NCBI GenBank assembly: GCA_030390025.1
Contig: CM059432.1
Span: 87,794,001 to 87,858,000, forward strand
DNA from: Squalus acanthias
Taxonomy: Eukaryota
Length of the DNA stretch: 64,000 nucleotides
Direction of reading: 5' to 3'
Below are positions 1-13,160 of the stretch, piece by piece. How positions within the stretch are numbered: the first letter of the stretch is position 1; each line of letters opens with the position of its first letter. Below the pieces are notes generated by a model that did no database searches, had not been told where the DNA came from, and was given only the letters and a program-made list of their open reading frames with translations. The position numbers and the translations under genes are program-made.

Positions 1-835
1 CTCAGCATCCTAGGATGCATCCTATCTGGTCCTGGTGACTTATCTAATTTCAGTACAGACAGCCTTTCTATTACCTCCTCTTTATCAATTTTTATCCCAC
101 CCAGTATCTCCTCTACCTCCTTCTTCACTCACTTCTAGCACCTCAACCATACCCTGTGCCTCTATGCGTAGGTCTCCTTTTTGGTCCCCAATCGGCCTCC
201 TCTTACTACCCGTTTATTATTTATATGTCTATAGAAGACTTTTGGATTACCTTTTATGTTAGCTGCCATTCTATTCTCATACCCTCTCTTTTGCCCCTCT
301 TATTTTCTTTTTCACTTCTCCTCTGAACTTTCTATATTTAGCCTGATTCTCACATGTATTCTCGACCTGACATCTGTCATACACGTTCTATTTCTGCTTC
401 ATCTTACTCTCTATCTCTTTTGTCATCCAGGGAGCTCTGACTTTAGTTGTCCTACCTTTCCCCCTAGTGGGAATGTACCTTGACTGTACCTGAACTATTT
501 CCTCTTTAAAGGCAGCCCATTGTTCCATTACAGTTTTGCCCGCCAATCTTTGATTCCAATTTACCTGGGCCAGATCTGTTCTCATCCCACTGAAATTGGC
601 CTTCCTCCAATTAAGTATTTTTTACTCTAAATTGCTCCCTGTCCTTTTCCTTAACTAATCTAAACCTTATGATACTATGATCACTGTTCCCTAAATGTTC
701 AACTACTGACACTTGCTCCACTTGACCTACCTCATTCCCCAGAACCAGATCCAGCACTGCTTTCTTCCTCGTTGGGCTGGAAACATGATGATCATGAAAG
801 TTCTCCTGAACACACTTCAGAAATTCTTCCCCCTC
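1..835 (-). mobile_element. CR1-type LINE ORF2 fragment (endonuclease-RT linker), decayed
   Basis: ORF 388-585 (LAQVNWNQRLAGKTVMEQWAAFKEEI...APWMTKEI) resembles the same region of the CR1 copy at 39.7-40.1 kb. Confidence 0.85.
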
Positions 836-1334
836 TTTTGGGATGGGAGGTGGTGGATGGTAAAATTGTGTGTGACATTGAACGGAGCCACCAGAGGCAG
901 CAGGCTAAATTTGGGATGGGTGTTGTGGGGTAAATGTGGCTCTCAGTTTCTTATTCCTTCTCCTAAATAGTTATGCTTCCAAAACTCCATCACTCCCCTA
1001 GGGATCCCTACTCATTCCCATTCTTATCATCCCTTCACTCCTATCACTACCCCTATCTCTTCCTTTTTGAAAAACCCATTCAACCCTTTATCTGTTCCTC
1101 CCCCTTGCTCTACTGTCACTCACCTCATCCTTAACTCTCAATCTACTCCCACTCATTACCTTTAAGGGTGGGTAGTGAGAGGCTGGTAGACCCCACACCA
1201 TGAACGAATATCCCTCATCCCTTCTCCCCCTCATGCTTCCTACCTATCTATTTCTTTTAAAGAACCTTTGTTTGCTTTCAAAATTTAAAAAAAATGTGGA
1301 ACAAAATTTCATATTTGAATGAGGAAAGATACTA

Positions 1335-1428
1335 AACAAAAAGCAAAGAGTGCAGATGCTGGAAATCTGAAATAAAATCAGAAACTGTTGGAAACACTCT
1401 GCAGGTCAGTCAGCATGTGTGGAGTGAA
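1335..1428 (-). mobile_element. Penelope-like terminal-repeat fragment
   Basis: gcagatgctggaaatctgaaataaaa...cagcatgtgtggag matches the reverse complement of 5105-5198 and the repeat at 30361-30450. Confidence 0.7.
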
Positions 1429-1429
1429 T

Positions 1430-3750
1430 GGAGTGATTTCTGTTTCACTGCCGCCCAGTTTGTGCCTAAAGCAAGGCAGGAGCAGAACCAAAATCATGCG
1501 GGAAACAGAATTGCTGACTGAGAGCTGGATATCCTCCTATTACAATGTTCAGCTGGACCTCAATTAAGGCGGCCAGAGCTACTGCTGGAATCACACGGGC
1601 CTAATGAATATATGCTAATCAAGGTCAGATGACAACATTTTCATCACTGCCTGCATTGCTACCGCCAGTTCTTGATCCGCTGACAACACATGGGCAGTAC
1701 AAGTTGGGAGGCAGCCATTTCCAGTGCTATTTAAAAGGATCCTCCACTGCTTTCAGGTAAAATGCTTTACTTATATTACATTATGGCTTTTCGCTACGTG
1801 GATAATCTGAAAGTGCTTGTATTGGCTGTAGAGCATTCTGAACTCTTAAGAAGCTTCTGGCAATGCACTTCATGGGATTCCTTCTGGCAATTCCACTCTG
1901 GCAAGAGGGAGAGGAGGAGCAGCAGCAGGAGGAAGGAGGAATTTGCAAACAGAGCTGCAGTTGCTGGGAGAGCAAACAAAAGGAGACATACCTGCAGGAT
2001 TCCTTACCCTCCCAACAGTGTTCCTAGGCCTAGGACAACATACCTACAGTTCTCTAGGAGCAGTGTGTAACGAGGCTGTAGTTTTCTAGGGAGGCTGTCA
2101 CAGAGTTGTGTTGTCTCCTGCAAAGAAACTTACAACCAACTGCTACAACTAACACAGGCTGTTGCTGTCAAGGTTACTGCAGCCCTGAACTTCTTTGCCT
2201 CCGGCTCTTTCCAGGCTGTCACAGGGTATAAAATCAGTGAGTCTGCAGTCCATGCTTACATTAAACAGATGAATGGTGCCATGTTCACTACTAGAGTAAA
2301 CAGTTTCATCACTTTCTTCTATGACGAATGGAAGCAGTAGGGTTGGGCTCTGCGGTTTGCACAGACTGCAAGCTCGTCCCAGGTCCACGGCACCATTGAC
2401 TACACCCATGTTGCTCTGTGGGCTCCTTCACATGACCCCACTGCCTTCATCAATCAAAAGGACTTCTACTCAATTCAAGTGCAACTGGTGTGTGATCACC
2501 AGCAGTGCATCATGCAGGTTCGTGCCTGCCTTCCTGGCCGTTGCCATGATACTTTTATATTGCAGCAATCCTCCACCTGCCAGCCCCCCCCCCCCCACCA
2601 CCCTTTGTTACTGCACAGTAAGTGAGCAGCTGGCTGTTTGGGGACCAGAGTTATCCCCTGCATACTTGGCCCATGACTCCTCTCCGGAACTCATGTTTGG
2701 TGGTTGAAATGCACTACAATCAGATCAATGGGTCAACTGGAGCCCTCATTGAGCAGACCATTGGAGCCCTCAAGCAATGATTCAGATGTCTAGACAGGTC
2801 TGGTGGCTTCCTGCAATGCTCCCCACAAAGAGTGTCCCATATGAAAGTGTTTTGCTGTATGCTGCTTAACTTTGGTCTGCAACTGGAACAATGCGCACTA
2901 TTGGACAAGGAACTTCAGTCTGATGAGTGACTGGACACTGATGATATAGAGAATGGTGAAGAAGCCGGAGTGTTCCAATAGTTGCCTGCAGAAGAAGCTC
3001 AGTGAACAGTAGTTCATCTGAATAATCTCTGCATTAACAGTCACGTCAAACATTTCTCTCAGTCCTTCCACCCTCAACCAAACTGGAAATGCCCAAAGAC
3101 CAGCATTGATATTTATGCCAACTAACAGTGCAAGAACACTCACTGCACACAAAGATTTTAAAAAATATTATAATTTCACTACATTATACAAATTATCTAA
3201 TTACCACACAGATATGAGCGCCTGGTGCCTGGTCTAAGTGCTCTCTTACCTATTCGAGTGATCATACAAGGTGCTCCCCCAGTGGCCGCAGCGGAAGGCT
3301 GCGGTGGCTCAGGCCAGGGTCAGGAGATGCTCATGGTCATCGATCTTTAGGAGCTCGGGCCTGGAAGGGCTCAGCTGCACTCTGCAGCAACACAAATCCA
3401 GCTTACTTTCTGGGAGCTGCGAGGGTGCAGATGTTTTGTCATCCTGAGAGAAAGTAATATATTCCATTCCCGTTGTATGACTGCCCCTGCTAATGCGCCG
3501 CGGCTCAACTCTCACTGATCTGCGGGAGAGCAAACTGTAGCGGATCCATGATCGCACCTGATCTCCTAACCATTCAGTCTCCCTACCTTCCAAGGCAGAG
3601 GAGATGGTTGTGCTGAGAGTCTGTATGACTCTAGTATGAGCATCCCTGAGAGATGCTATTAATAGTGTCACAGACTTCTGCAGCTGCAACGGTAATTGAG
3701 ATGACAACACGCTCCATCGTAGACTGCAGAGTGTTGATGCTATGCGCCAG
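1430..3750. mobile_element. PIF/Harbinger remnant H1 (transposase on +, Myb-gene last exon on -)
   Basis: Broken HARBI1-like motifs on + (IDYTHV ~2395; IEQTIGALKQ*FRCLDRSGG ~2748-2806); minus ORF 3309-3710 has the FSQDD motif shared with the other Myb-gene last exons. No clear TIR, boundaries approximate. Confidence 0.8.
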
Positions 3751-4838
3751 AAATTTCAGTTACTAGGAAAAAATGCACCTGAAAGAAACTTCTGAAAGCA
3801 TTTTGCTTGATTTTTGGGAACCAGATGGCCGTACTAAGTAATCAAAGTGACAAGTTTACATAAGCAAAACTCAATATAAATATGGAAATAGGATTTTTAA
3901 TATAAAAAAAGACATAAAACTATAACAAAAATGTGACAACAGGAAGGCAAGTTGTGCAGACAGGGCCAGGAGAATAACCATTTCAGGAAATGTGCTGAAC
4001 CCACAGAATCATTCCCAAAGGAGAGAGCCCTGACAGGAAATTACTTCGTAAATGCCAGAAACAAAAGGATATGTACAAACAATTTATCCATGTTAAAAAA
4101 TCCACCAAGGAGGAGATTGTTTTCAACTGCCAAGCAAGTGGAGCAGCAAGAAAAAGACTCCAGGATGAAAAATAGCAGCAGTAGGGAGATGTAACTAAGG
4201 CGGGCTCCTCCTCATATGAGTTTGCTTAATGTTTTCCAAGATATGTGTCTCTTTGTAGAGCATATGTTGTGAACTCGTAAAATAAAGGTGCTATAATACA
4301 GAGGAGAGTGCTTTAATTTCTTGATACAATCGCATGGTTAGTGTGAATACAAAGGCCCAATTCTGGGTGGGGTTCTGCTGATCTCCTGCCATAACTCTGG
4401 TGGAATCCCCTGGATAGCGATGGAGAACCAGTTGCACTGGATGTCCACTGTTTCCAGGAGTTTCCGGCATGCCTTGCAAGGGGTAGAACCTGTGATGGGG
4501 ACTTCAAGGGTTCTCACCTAACTGGCTCAGTCGGGATTAGGTGTATCTGTGGAGGCCAGTATGAGTTGAGGCCAAATAGGCCAAGAAAGCAGCCTGGACT
4601 CCCAAAGGAAGTGGATTTAATAAAAGTGTCAAAATCGACCCCAGAGGGTTGAGAAGAACATGGTTAGTGTTGGGACATCACATTTTCTGGTCGCATGGTG
4701 CAGGTGGACCTGTAATGGTGATTGTCCCCATCTACCCCATGCAAATTAGGTGCCCTCTTACTGACCCCATAAATTACTGTGGGTCATAGAGCAAAGCTGG
4801 AATTGCGTCCTGAGGAATTCTGACTGCACGTTGTCTTT

Positions 4839-6867
4839 GGGCTAGAAATTTGTTATAGCCAAGGAATGGGCAGTGTTTAGACTAAAAATGGTTAAGTAGT
4901 GCCAGGTGAAAAATCATCTAGACTGCACGCAAAATTCATCCTCACTCCTCATTAAAATGATTGCAGTCATGATTCTCGTCTAAAAACCCAAGCTCATTGG
5001 CGTTACACTGAAAAGATGGAACAATATTGGGTGTAGTCTAAACTCAAGCAATGATTGCCACATCTGACGAAGGGTCATCAACCTGAAATGTTAACTCTGT
5101 TTCTCTCTCTACAGATGCTGCCTGACCTGCTGAGTATTTCCAGCATTTTCTGTTTTTATTTCAGATTTCCAGCATCTTCAGTATTTTGCTTTTGTTTGAA
5201 TGATTACCGCAGGCTTTTTTCACTGCTTAAAGGGGAGGTTCATTGATGCTGCAAGCACCTCATTCTCAGCATTGTTGGGTGTGCAGTTGCCTCAACAACC
5301 ATAAGACGGACAAGGAGAAGGAGCACTTACTTACAAATCCTGATGGCAGATCGCCACCTCAGGGAGAGAGCCCAGAGGTTTTCCGACGAAGCTTTGGAGA
5401 CATTGGTTTTAGCGGTTGAGAGATGGCGGGCGGTCCTGTACCAACTGGCAGGAAGCCCTCGCCACAAGTTTGATGGTCTATGTGGAGGGAGGTGGCACAC
5501 CACGTCACGGGCAGCACTGTGGTCCCCAGGTCCCACACCCAGTGAAGGAGGAAGTTTAACAAGCTCACACGGGTGGTCAGGATGAGTGAAGGCTTCAACA
5601 AATGCTATATACCACCATCTATACCACAAGCTTCACACACTGCTCAATGCACCACACCCCTAGCACTCACCCACCAACAATCTCTACCTAGCAACACTCA
5701 CACCCTAATCTCACACCTTGCACACAATGATAGCTATTCAAATGTGGCATGCACAAGGGTTATTAGTTCTTAAAATTCATGTAATATGTGTGATATGTTT
5801 ATAGATAAATTTATTCATGGAGTTTGCAATATTTTGTGGTCTCTCTCTTTTCAACTTTGCGCCTAGGAGGACGCTGTGATATGGTGTGAGACAGCGATGT
5901 TATGATGGGGATGTGGTGAGCAACAGGGATCAGGGGTTTCATTCATTCAAATCGCAGTCTGAGGAGCCAGTCATGGGCAGCCCGTTTGGAAGGCCGATTG
6001 TCTCGCTGCCTCCTCCTCCTTGTCCTCCTCCTCCTCGTCCTCTTCCTTCTCGTCCTCCTCCTCATCCTCATCCTCCTCGGCCCTGTCCTCCTCCTGAGAT
6101 GGTCCCGCAATCCCTGGTGGCAAGGGCTACGCCTCGTGATGGCCAAGTTGTGGAGCATGCAGCAGATCACCATGAAATGGGACTCCCGCTCTGGCGAGTA
6201 CTGGAGGGCTCCTCCCGAGCGGTCAAGCCAGTAGAACTGTTGCTTCAATAAGCCGATGAACTGCTCGATGATGTTCCTGGTGGCAGCATGGCTTTCATTA
6301 TATGAGTGCTAGGCACGAGTGTTAAGGTTGCAGAGGGGAGTTATGAGCAAGATGGAGAACGGATAGCCCTTGTCTCCGAGCAGCCTTGAGCTTGATGTGG
6401 TGGCTGAAAGAGTGCTGGCACACCGGTCTGGCGCAGGATGAAGGCATCGTGGCTGCTGCCAGGATAGTGGGCATTCACATTGAGGATTCGCTGTGTGTGG
6501 TCGCACACCAACTACCAACTGCACATTAAGTGAGTGTTGGCCTTTGTGGTTACGGAAGGTGTCAGGATTGTTATGCGGTGCCCGCAAAGCCACGTGGGTG
6601 CAGTCAATGGCGCCCTGCACCATCGGGAAGCCCACTATCCGGCAAAGCCACATGCACATTTGTCTTGCTTCTCTCTGGTGATGGGAAAGCCAATGTAGTC
6701 CCTTCTCCTGGTGGAGAGAGTCGCAGTGACTTCCCGGATGCAGCGATGGACGGTGAACTGCGAGATGTTAGCTATGCTGCAGACCGGAAGGATCCGCTGG
6801 TGAAGAAACTAAGGGCCACGGTGACCTTGACTGCCACTGACAGAGCCGTGGTTGCCTTGGTCTGAGG
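4839..6867. mobile_element. PIF/Harbinger remnant H2 (same family as H5/H7): TIR, Myb exon 1 (+), transposase 3' part (-)
   Basis: Starts gggctagaaatttgttatagccaaggaatggg, similar to 36087 and the reverse complement of 25776-25808; MADRHLRERAQRFSDEALETLV at 5343; minus strand [31 protein letters not shown] at 5945-6866. Confidence 0.9.
5063..5198 (+). mobile_element. Short Penelope-like terminal-repeat insertion with degenerate hammerhead motif
   Basis: Absent from the homologous H7 position (~36300); flanked by an imperfect 13-bp duplication aatgattgccaca/aatgattaccgca; begins tctgacgaagggtcatcaacctgaaatgttaact. Confidence 0.8.
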
Positions 6868-9480
6868 CTTTTTAAAAATTTGCTTATGGGATCTGGGCAT
6901 CGCTGCAAGGCCAGCATTTATTGCCCATCCCTAGTTGCTGTTGCGAAGGTGGTGGTGAGCCAGCTTCTTGAACCGCTACAGTCCGTGTGGTGAAGGTACT
7001 CCCACAGTGCTGTTAGGGAGTTCCAGGATTTTGACCCAGCAACGATGAAGGATCGGCGATATATTTCCAAGTCAGGATGGTGACTCGGAGGGGAACTTGG
7101 AGTTGGTGGTGTTCCCATGCGCCTGCTGCCCTTGTCCTTCTAGGTGGTAGAGGTCGCGGGTTTGGGAGGTTCTTTCGAAGAAGCCTTGGCGAGTTGCTGC
7201 AGTGCATCTTGTGGATGGTACGCACTGCAGCCACGGTGTGCCGGTGGTGGAGGGAGTGAATGTTTAGGTGGTCGATGGGGTGCTTTGTCCTGGATGGTGT
7301 TGAGCTTCTTGAGGTGAGACACTCACCGCAGAATACCCAGCCTCTGACCTGCTCTTGTAGCCACAGTATTTATGTGGCTGGTCCAGTTAAGGTTCTGGTC
7401 AATGGAGACCCCAAGTGACCCGTGGGGGATTCGGCGATGGTAATGCCATTGAATGTCAAGGAGCGGTGGTTAGACGTTCTATTTTTGGAGATAGTCATTG
7501 CCTGGCACTTGTGTGGCGCGAATGTTACTTGCCACTTATCAGCCCAAGCCTGAATGTCATCTAGGTCTTGCTGCATGCGGGCACGGACTGCATTATTATC
7601 TGAGGAGTTGCGAGTGGAACTGAACACTGCAATCATCAGCGAACATCCCCACTTCTGGCCTTATGATGGAGGGAAGGTCATTGATGAAGCAGCTGAAGAT
7701 GGTTGGGCCTAGGACACTGCTCTGAGGAACTCCTGGGGCTGAGATGATTGGCCTCCAACAACTACAACTATCTTCCTTTGTGCTAGGTGTGACTCCATCC
7801 AGTTGAGAGTTTTCCCCCTGATTCCCATTGACTTCAATTTTGCTAGGGCTCCTTGATGCCACACTTGGTCAAATGCTGCCTTGATGTCAAGGGCAGTCAC
7901 TTTCACATCATCTTTGGAATTCAGCTCTTTTGTCCATGTATGGACCAAGGCTGTAATGTGGTCTGGAGCTGAGTGGTCCTGCTGGAACCCAAACTGAGCA
8001 TCGGTGAGCAGGTATTGGTGAGCACTGTCGACAACCCCTTCCATCACCTTCTGATAATTGAGAGTAGATTGATGGGGCGGTACTTGGCCGGATTGCATTT
8101 GTCCTGCTTTTTGTGGAGAGGACATCCCTGGGCAGTTTTCGGGTCGATGCCAGTGTTGTAGCTGTACTGGAACAGCTTGGTTAGCAGCACGGCTATTTCT
8201 GGAGCACAAGTCTTCAGCACAACAGCCGGGATGTTGTCGGTGCCCATAGCCTTTGCTGTATCCAGTGCGCTCAGCCATTTCTTGATATCACATGGAGTGA
8301 ATCAAATTGGCTGAAGACTGGCTACTATGATGGTGGAGACCTCAGGATGAGGCCGAGATGGATCATCCACTCAGCACTTCTGGTCAAAGGGATTTACAAA
8401 CACTTCAGCCTTGGATTTTTCACTCACGTGCTGGGCTCTGCCATAATTGAGGATGGGGATATTCATGGAGCCTCCTCCTCCCGTTAGTTGTTTAATGGTC
8501 CACCACCATTCACGACTGGATGTGGCAGGACTGCAGAGCTTTGAAATGATCCGTTGATTGTGGGATCGCTTAGCTCTGTCTATAGCATGCTGATTCCACT
8601 GTTTAGCATGTATGTAGTCCTGTTTTGTAGCTTCACCAGGTTGGCACTTCATTTTTAGGTACACCTGGTGCTGCACCTGGCATGTTCTTCTACACTCCTC
8701 ATTGAGCCAGGTTTGGTCCCCTGGCTTGATGGTAATGGTAGAGTGAGGGATATGCTGGGCCATAAGGTTACAGATTGTGGTGGAATAAAATTCTGCAGCT
8801 GCTAATGGCCCACAGCGCCTCATGGATGCCCAGTTTTGAGCTGCTAGATCTGTTCTAAATCTATCCCGTTTAGCACGGTGGTAGTGCCACACAACACGAT
8901 GGAGGGTGTCCTCAGTGTGAAGATGGGGCTTCATCTCCACAAGAACTGTGCGGTGGTCACTCCTACCAATACTGTCATTGACAGATGCATCTGCGACAGA
9001 TAGATTGGTGAGGACGAGGTCAAGTATGTTTTTCCCTCGTGTTGGTTTTCTCACCTCCTGCCACAGGCCCAGTCTGGCAGCTATGTCCTTCAGGACTGGG
9101 CCAGCTTGGTCAGTGGTGGTGCTACTCTTGCTGATGGACATTAAAGTACCCCTACCCAGAGTATATTCTGTGTACTCTACGTACTTTGACCCTCATTGCA
9201 TCATTGCAAGTGGTATTCAACATGGAGGAGTACTGATTCATCAGCTGAGGGAGGGTGGGAGGTGGTAATCAGCAGGAGGTTTTCTTGCCCATGTTTGACC
9301 TGATGCCATGAGTGGCATCTCCCAGGGTTGAGGACTCCCAGGGCCACTCCCTCCCAACTGTATACCACTGTGCCACCACCTCTGGTGGGTCTGTCCTGCT
9401 GGTGGGACAGGACAAACCCAGGGATGGCAATGGAGGGGTCTGGGCATTGGCTGAACGGTCTGATTCTGCGAGTATGACGA
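6868..9480 (-). mobile_element. LINE (AP-endonuclease + reverse transcriptase), CR1-group but distinct from the HER1-like CR1s; frameshifted
   Basis: PTRGKNILDLVLTN/GRSDH (EN), DIKAAFDQVWH, GVPQSSVLGP, MFADD (RT) spread over ORFs 7370-9141; 3' end at ~6870 shared with 14565-14664 and 62045-62160. Confidence 0.9.
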
Positions 9481-11153
9481 TATCTGGTCTACACCTGGCT
9501 AATGACTCCCCTTTGCAACCTCACCACTCGTGGCCAGCAATCATATAATGACAGCCATGCTGCCACGAGGAACCTCATCGAGCAGACCAATGGTTCCACT
9601 GCCTTGACCGCTCGGGAGGCGCTCTCCAGTACTCACCTGCTGCATGCTCCACAACTTGGCCAACATGAAGGCGCAGCCCTTGCCACCACGGGTTCCGCGA
9701 CCATCTCAGGAGGAGGAGAAGCAGGAAGTGGAAGAGGAGGAAGAGGGAGAGGAGGAGGAGGAGGAGGAGGAGGAGGAAGGAAGGAGGCAGTCTGCAAATG
9801 CCAGTTCCAGACCGGCTGTTCGTGATTGCATCATCAGACTCCTGTTCTCCTGAAAGAAACCCCAGATCCCCGTTGCTCAACACATACCCACCTTACCATC
9901 CCTCTGTCACAGAACATTACAGTATCCTCTTAGACACAATGCTGAAATGAAAGCCACCACAACACAAATCATTCCAAACATAATTTATAAATGATTAATT
10001 CCAATTTTACGTTACAAAGTCAACTATTCACCCTTGTGCATTCCTTTAGTGTCTGTCTTTCGTGAGCCTGTGGCTATTCTAGTGCTTCTATGAAGTGCTA
10101 CCCCAGTGGCTGCAGCATTGCTGGTGGAAGGCTGCTGATTTTCAGTGGGGGAGACTTCAGATGGCCTTGCAGGATGACCTTGAGCAGCTCTGAGCTTCGA
10201 AGGCCCGGCTGTATTCTGCACCACCTCAGCATGGGTGGCAGCAGTCTGGGGTGGCTGGCTGACAGGTAAGGGCAATGGCACTGGCGGAGTTGCAGTGGTG
10301 GGAGTATGAATGCTGTCATCCTGAGAGAGGACAGCAGGTTAGAGCTCCATGAAACCACTGCCACTTCGTCGGGACGCCACTTTAGCATCCCAAGCCATCT
10401 GTTGGAGGACAGATTGCTGCACTGCTCTGACACCTGCAAGCCCCTTTCCACACTGCTAAACCCAGCCACGATGGCAGCAGTCTGAGCTTGCATGACAGAA
10501 GTTTGAGCTTCCACTGCAGCACTTGCTTGTGCTGCAATGGAAGCTGCGACATCACCCATCACACCCAGCAGCATGGATGGGTCCACAAGTGCTCCTTGAA
10601 ATCATGGGCTCCAAGCTCTGCACAAAGCCCTGTGCAAGGTTGGAGCCGAACTCCTCCATGCTCCTTAACAGTGACAAGAGGCTCTCTGGCAGGCCTGCCA
10701 TTGCACCAAGTATTTCTGTGTGCGTGCCCATCACTCTTCTTCTGAAGGCCGCACCATCGAAGTCCTCATCTGAGTTCCCTGAAGCAGAACTCGTGCGCGA
10801 CCTCACCCTCTGGGGAGCTGGCACCTGCGCTACCCTTTCCCCTGCCCTGGCTGCTGGCCACTCGCGCCCAGTAATTCAAAGCGTGCAGATCCTCCCTCTA
10901 TACTACCCTCTAAGGTTTGCACAGTGCCATTTTCTGAGCTGATGCCTGGGAGTGTCAGATCTCTTCTCTACTTTTTCCTGCACATGCTGGGCTGGTGGCA
11001 GTTCTTGGGTATCTGAAAGGAGAATGGCATAAGGCTCGGGTTGTGGTGAGGGGAGTAGGGGGCAGGTAAGCAAGATGTGCATGCTTACAAGTGAGAAGAG
11101 ATTGTGGGATGAGGGGGGAGTGGAATATGAGAAGAAGGATTAGGTATGAGCAT

Positions 11154-11780
11154 TGGGGAGACCAAACGCAGATTGGGTGACCGCTTTGCGGAACACCTCC
11201 GTTCAGTCCGTAAGGGGGACCCCGAGCTCCCGGTGGCCTGTCACTTTAATTCACCGCTTCACTCCCACTCTGACCTCACCGTCCTCGGCCTATTACACTG
11301 TTCCACGGAAGCTCAGCGTAAGCTTGAGGAACAGCACCTCATCTTTCGTTTAGGCACGCTACAGCCCTCTGGACTCAATATCGAGTTCAACAATTTTAGA
11401 TCATAACCTCAGCTCCAATCACATTTATATTTTATTTTATCCACCCTTTTATTTGTCCCCCCCACCTTTTTTTTCCTCCTAGAAGCTGGCAGCTGTCCTT
11501 CATTCTGCCAGTGGATTTCACACTTCATTCAGCCTTAATCTGTCACATTAACACCACCTCTAGCCTTGCATATCTCTTAATGTCTCTTAATGTCTCTTCA
11601 TCTCCCCCTTTGTTCCTTTATCCCCTCCCCCTTTTCCCAGCTTTACCCTGGCCTTAAATCTATTTGATTTCCGGCTCTTCCCAGTTCTGATGAAAGGTCA
11701 TCGACCTGAAACGTTAACTCTCTTTCTCTCTCCACGGATGCTGCCTGGCCTGCTGAGTTTTTCCAGCGTTTTCTGTTGTT
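11154..11780 (+). mobile_element. Penelope-like element 3' fragment (GIY-YIG endonuclease + terminal repeat)
   Basis: IGETKRRLGDRFAEH...VACHFN...RKLEEQHLIFRLGTLQPSGLNIEF is a typical Penelope GIY-YIG C-terminus; TSD attaggtatgagcat (11139-11153, right copy split by a SINE). Confidence 0.9.
11683..11719 (+). ncRNA. Minimal type-I hammerhead ribozyme motif in a Penelope terminal repeat
   Basis: agtt-CTGATGA-a-aggtc-atc-gacct-GAAAC-GTT-aact: catalytic core, paired stem II, stem I agtt/aact, loop-less palindromic ACGT stem III. Confidence 0.75.
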
Positions 11781-11789
11781 ATTAGGTAT

Positions 11790-12225
11790 ACATGGTGGCA
11801 TAGTGGTTAGCACTGGTGCTTCACAGCGCCAGGGACCCGGGTTCGAATCTGACCTCGGGTGACTGTCTGTGTGGAGTTTGCACATTCTCCCCGTGTCTGC
11901 GTGGGTTTCCTCCGGGTGCTCCGGTTTCCTCCCACAGTCCAAAAATGTGCGGGTTAGGTTGATTTGGCTATGATAAATTGACCCTTAGTGTTAGGGGGGG
12001 ATTAAATATGTGGGGTTATGGGGATAGGATGGGATATGTTAGGGGGAATTAAATACGTGGGGTTACGGGAATAGGGTGGGATAGGTGCAGGCTCGATGTG
12101 GGGATTCGGTGTGAGAAAGCAGGGACAGGGTACTGGATTTGGATGATCAGCCATGATCGTATTGAATGGTGGAGCAGGCTCGACGGGCCGAATGGCCTAC
12201 TCCTGCTCCTAGTTTCTATGTTTCT
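11790..12225 (+). mobile_element. tRNA-derived V-SINE (HE1-like) with CR1-derived 3' tail
   Basis: A box tggcatagtgg, B box ggttcgaatc, V-domain-like core gtggagtttgcacattctccccgtgtctgcgtgggtttcctccggg..ctcccacagtcc, tail (tttctatg)n. Confidence 0.9.
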
Positions 12226-12395
12226 ATGAGCATACTGTTATCAGCAATGCTTTCAGCCTTGCCATTCTCCAGCACTGTCTCCTCCAGCTGGATCAGGTTC
12301 TGCAGCCGTGCTTGCCCCCCGCCTGTTAGCTCCTGCTGGCACTGGTTATGTGCCACCTTGGCCTGCAAGAGAAAGGGAAGTGTGTGTGGTACAAT

Positions 12396-13160
12396 GGCCC
12401 AGAAATTGGAGTTCGATGGTTGCCGCAGGGGTAAGGATCCCCCGCGATATCGCACTCCGCGCCTACCTTTATGGTTTTGGCCGACACGAACTTCAGTTCC
12501 TGGGCCTCTCCCTGGTGCCGGCGCGCAGTGTGTGCGTGTCCCAGAGGCGCAGTTAGTGCGATGCGACCTCTGGGATCACGTGGGCCAGTTAGAGCCAATG
12601 GCAGCACACCATCTTTCATTCATAGTTTTGACAGCAAGAGCTGTCAAAACTATGAATACAACAAGCCCCCAAAAGAACAGCTAATCCTCAATTAAATTTT
12701 AAAAAAAAGCCATCACATTAATAAAATAACTATAGTTAAATAAATTAACCACTTTAAACAAAAATTTTAATTTTTGAAAAAATTTAAATTCTTTTTAAAA
12801 GTTATAATTTAAACTTACCTTTCTTTAAAGTCTCTAAAAAAGATAAACCTGTTGAAAAAAATTAAAAATAATACTTAATTAACTACTTACCTTGTTAAAA
12901 GGGGGTCTTACGCCTGCTTTCTTCATGTGTAAAATCTTCAACACTTACCTGCGCGTTCAAACCTGAAAAAAAAACTAAGTGCGCTGTGTGCGCACAACCT
13001 GTAGCGCACACGCGGTTCACTTAGGAACCGCCCCCTTTGCAATACCCGAAGTGCCGGTTTCCCACGCATGAGCAATGCATGCAGGAAACCGGCACTTCGG
13101 GACCTAATACGCGAGAGTACATAGTGCGTAATCTCCCGTATTAGGTCTAATTTTCGGGCC
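12396..13160. mobile_element. Non-autonomous Harbinger element in intron 1 of the H3 Myb gene
   Basis: TIRs ggcccagaaattgg / ctaattttcgggcc (11/14); flanks aat/att; homologous empty site caat-gtgtttg seen at ~14875 and ~22720. Confidence 0.8.

Noticed and set aside
5886..6251. Pro-rich, Leu-rich and Arg-rich short ORFs (also ~9575-9883 and ~20771-21194)
   Set aside because: Alternative frames of the (GAG)n acidic tail of the Harbinger transposase
11793..11860. tRNA gene
   Set aside because: A and B boxes run straight into a SINE core and LINE-derived tail
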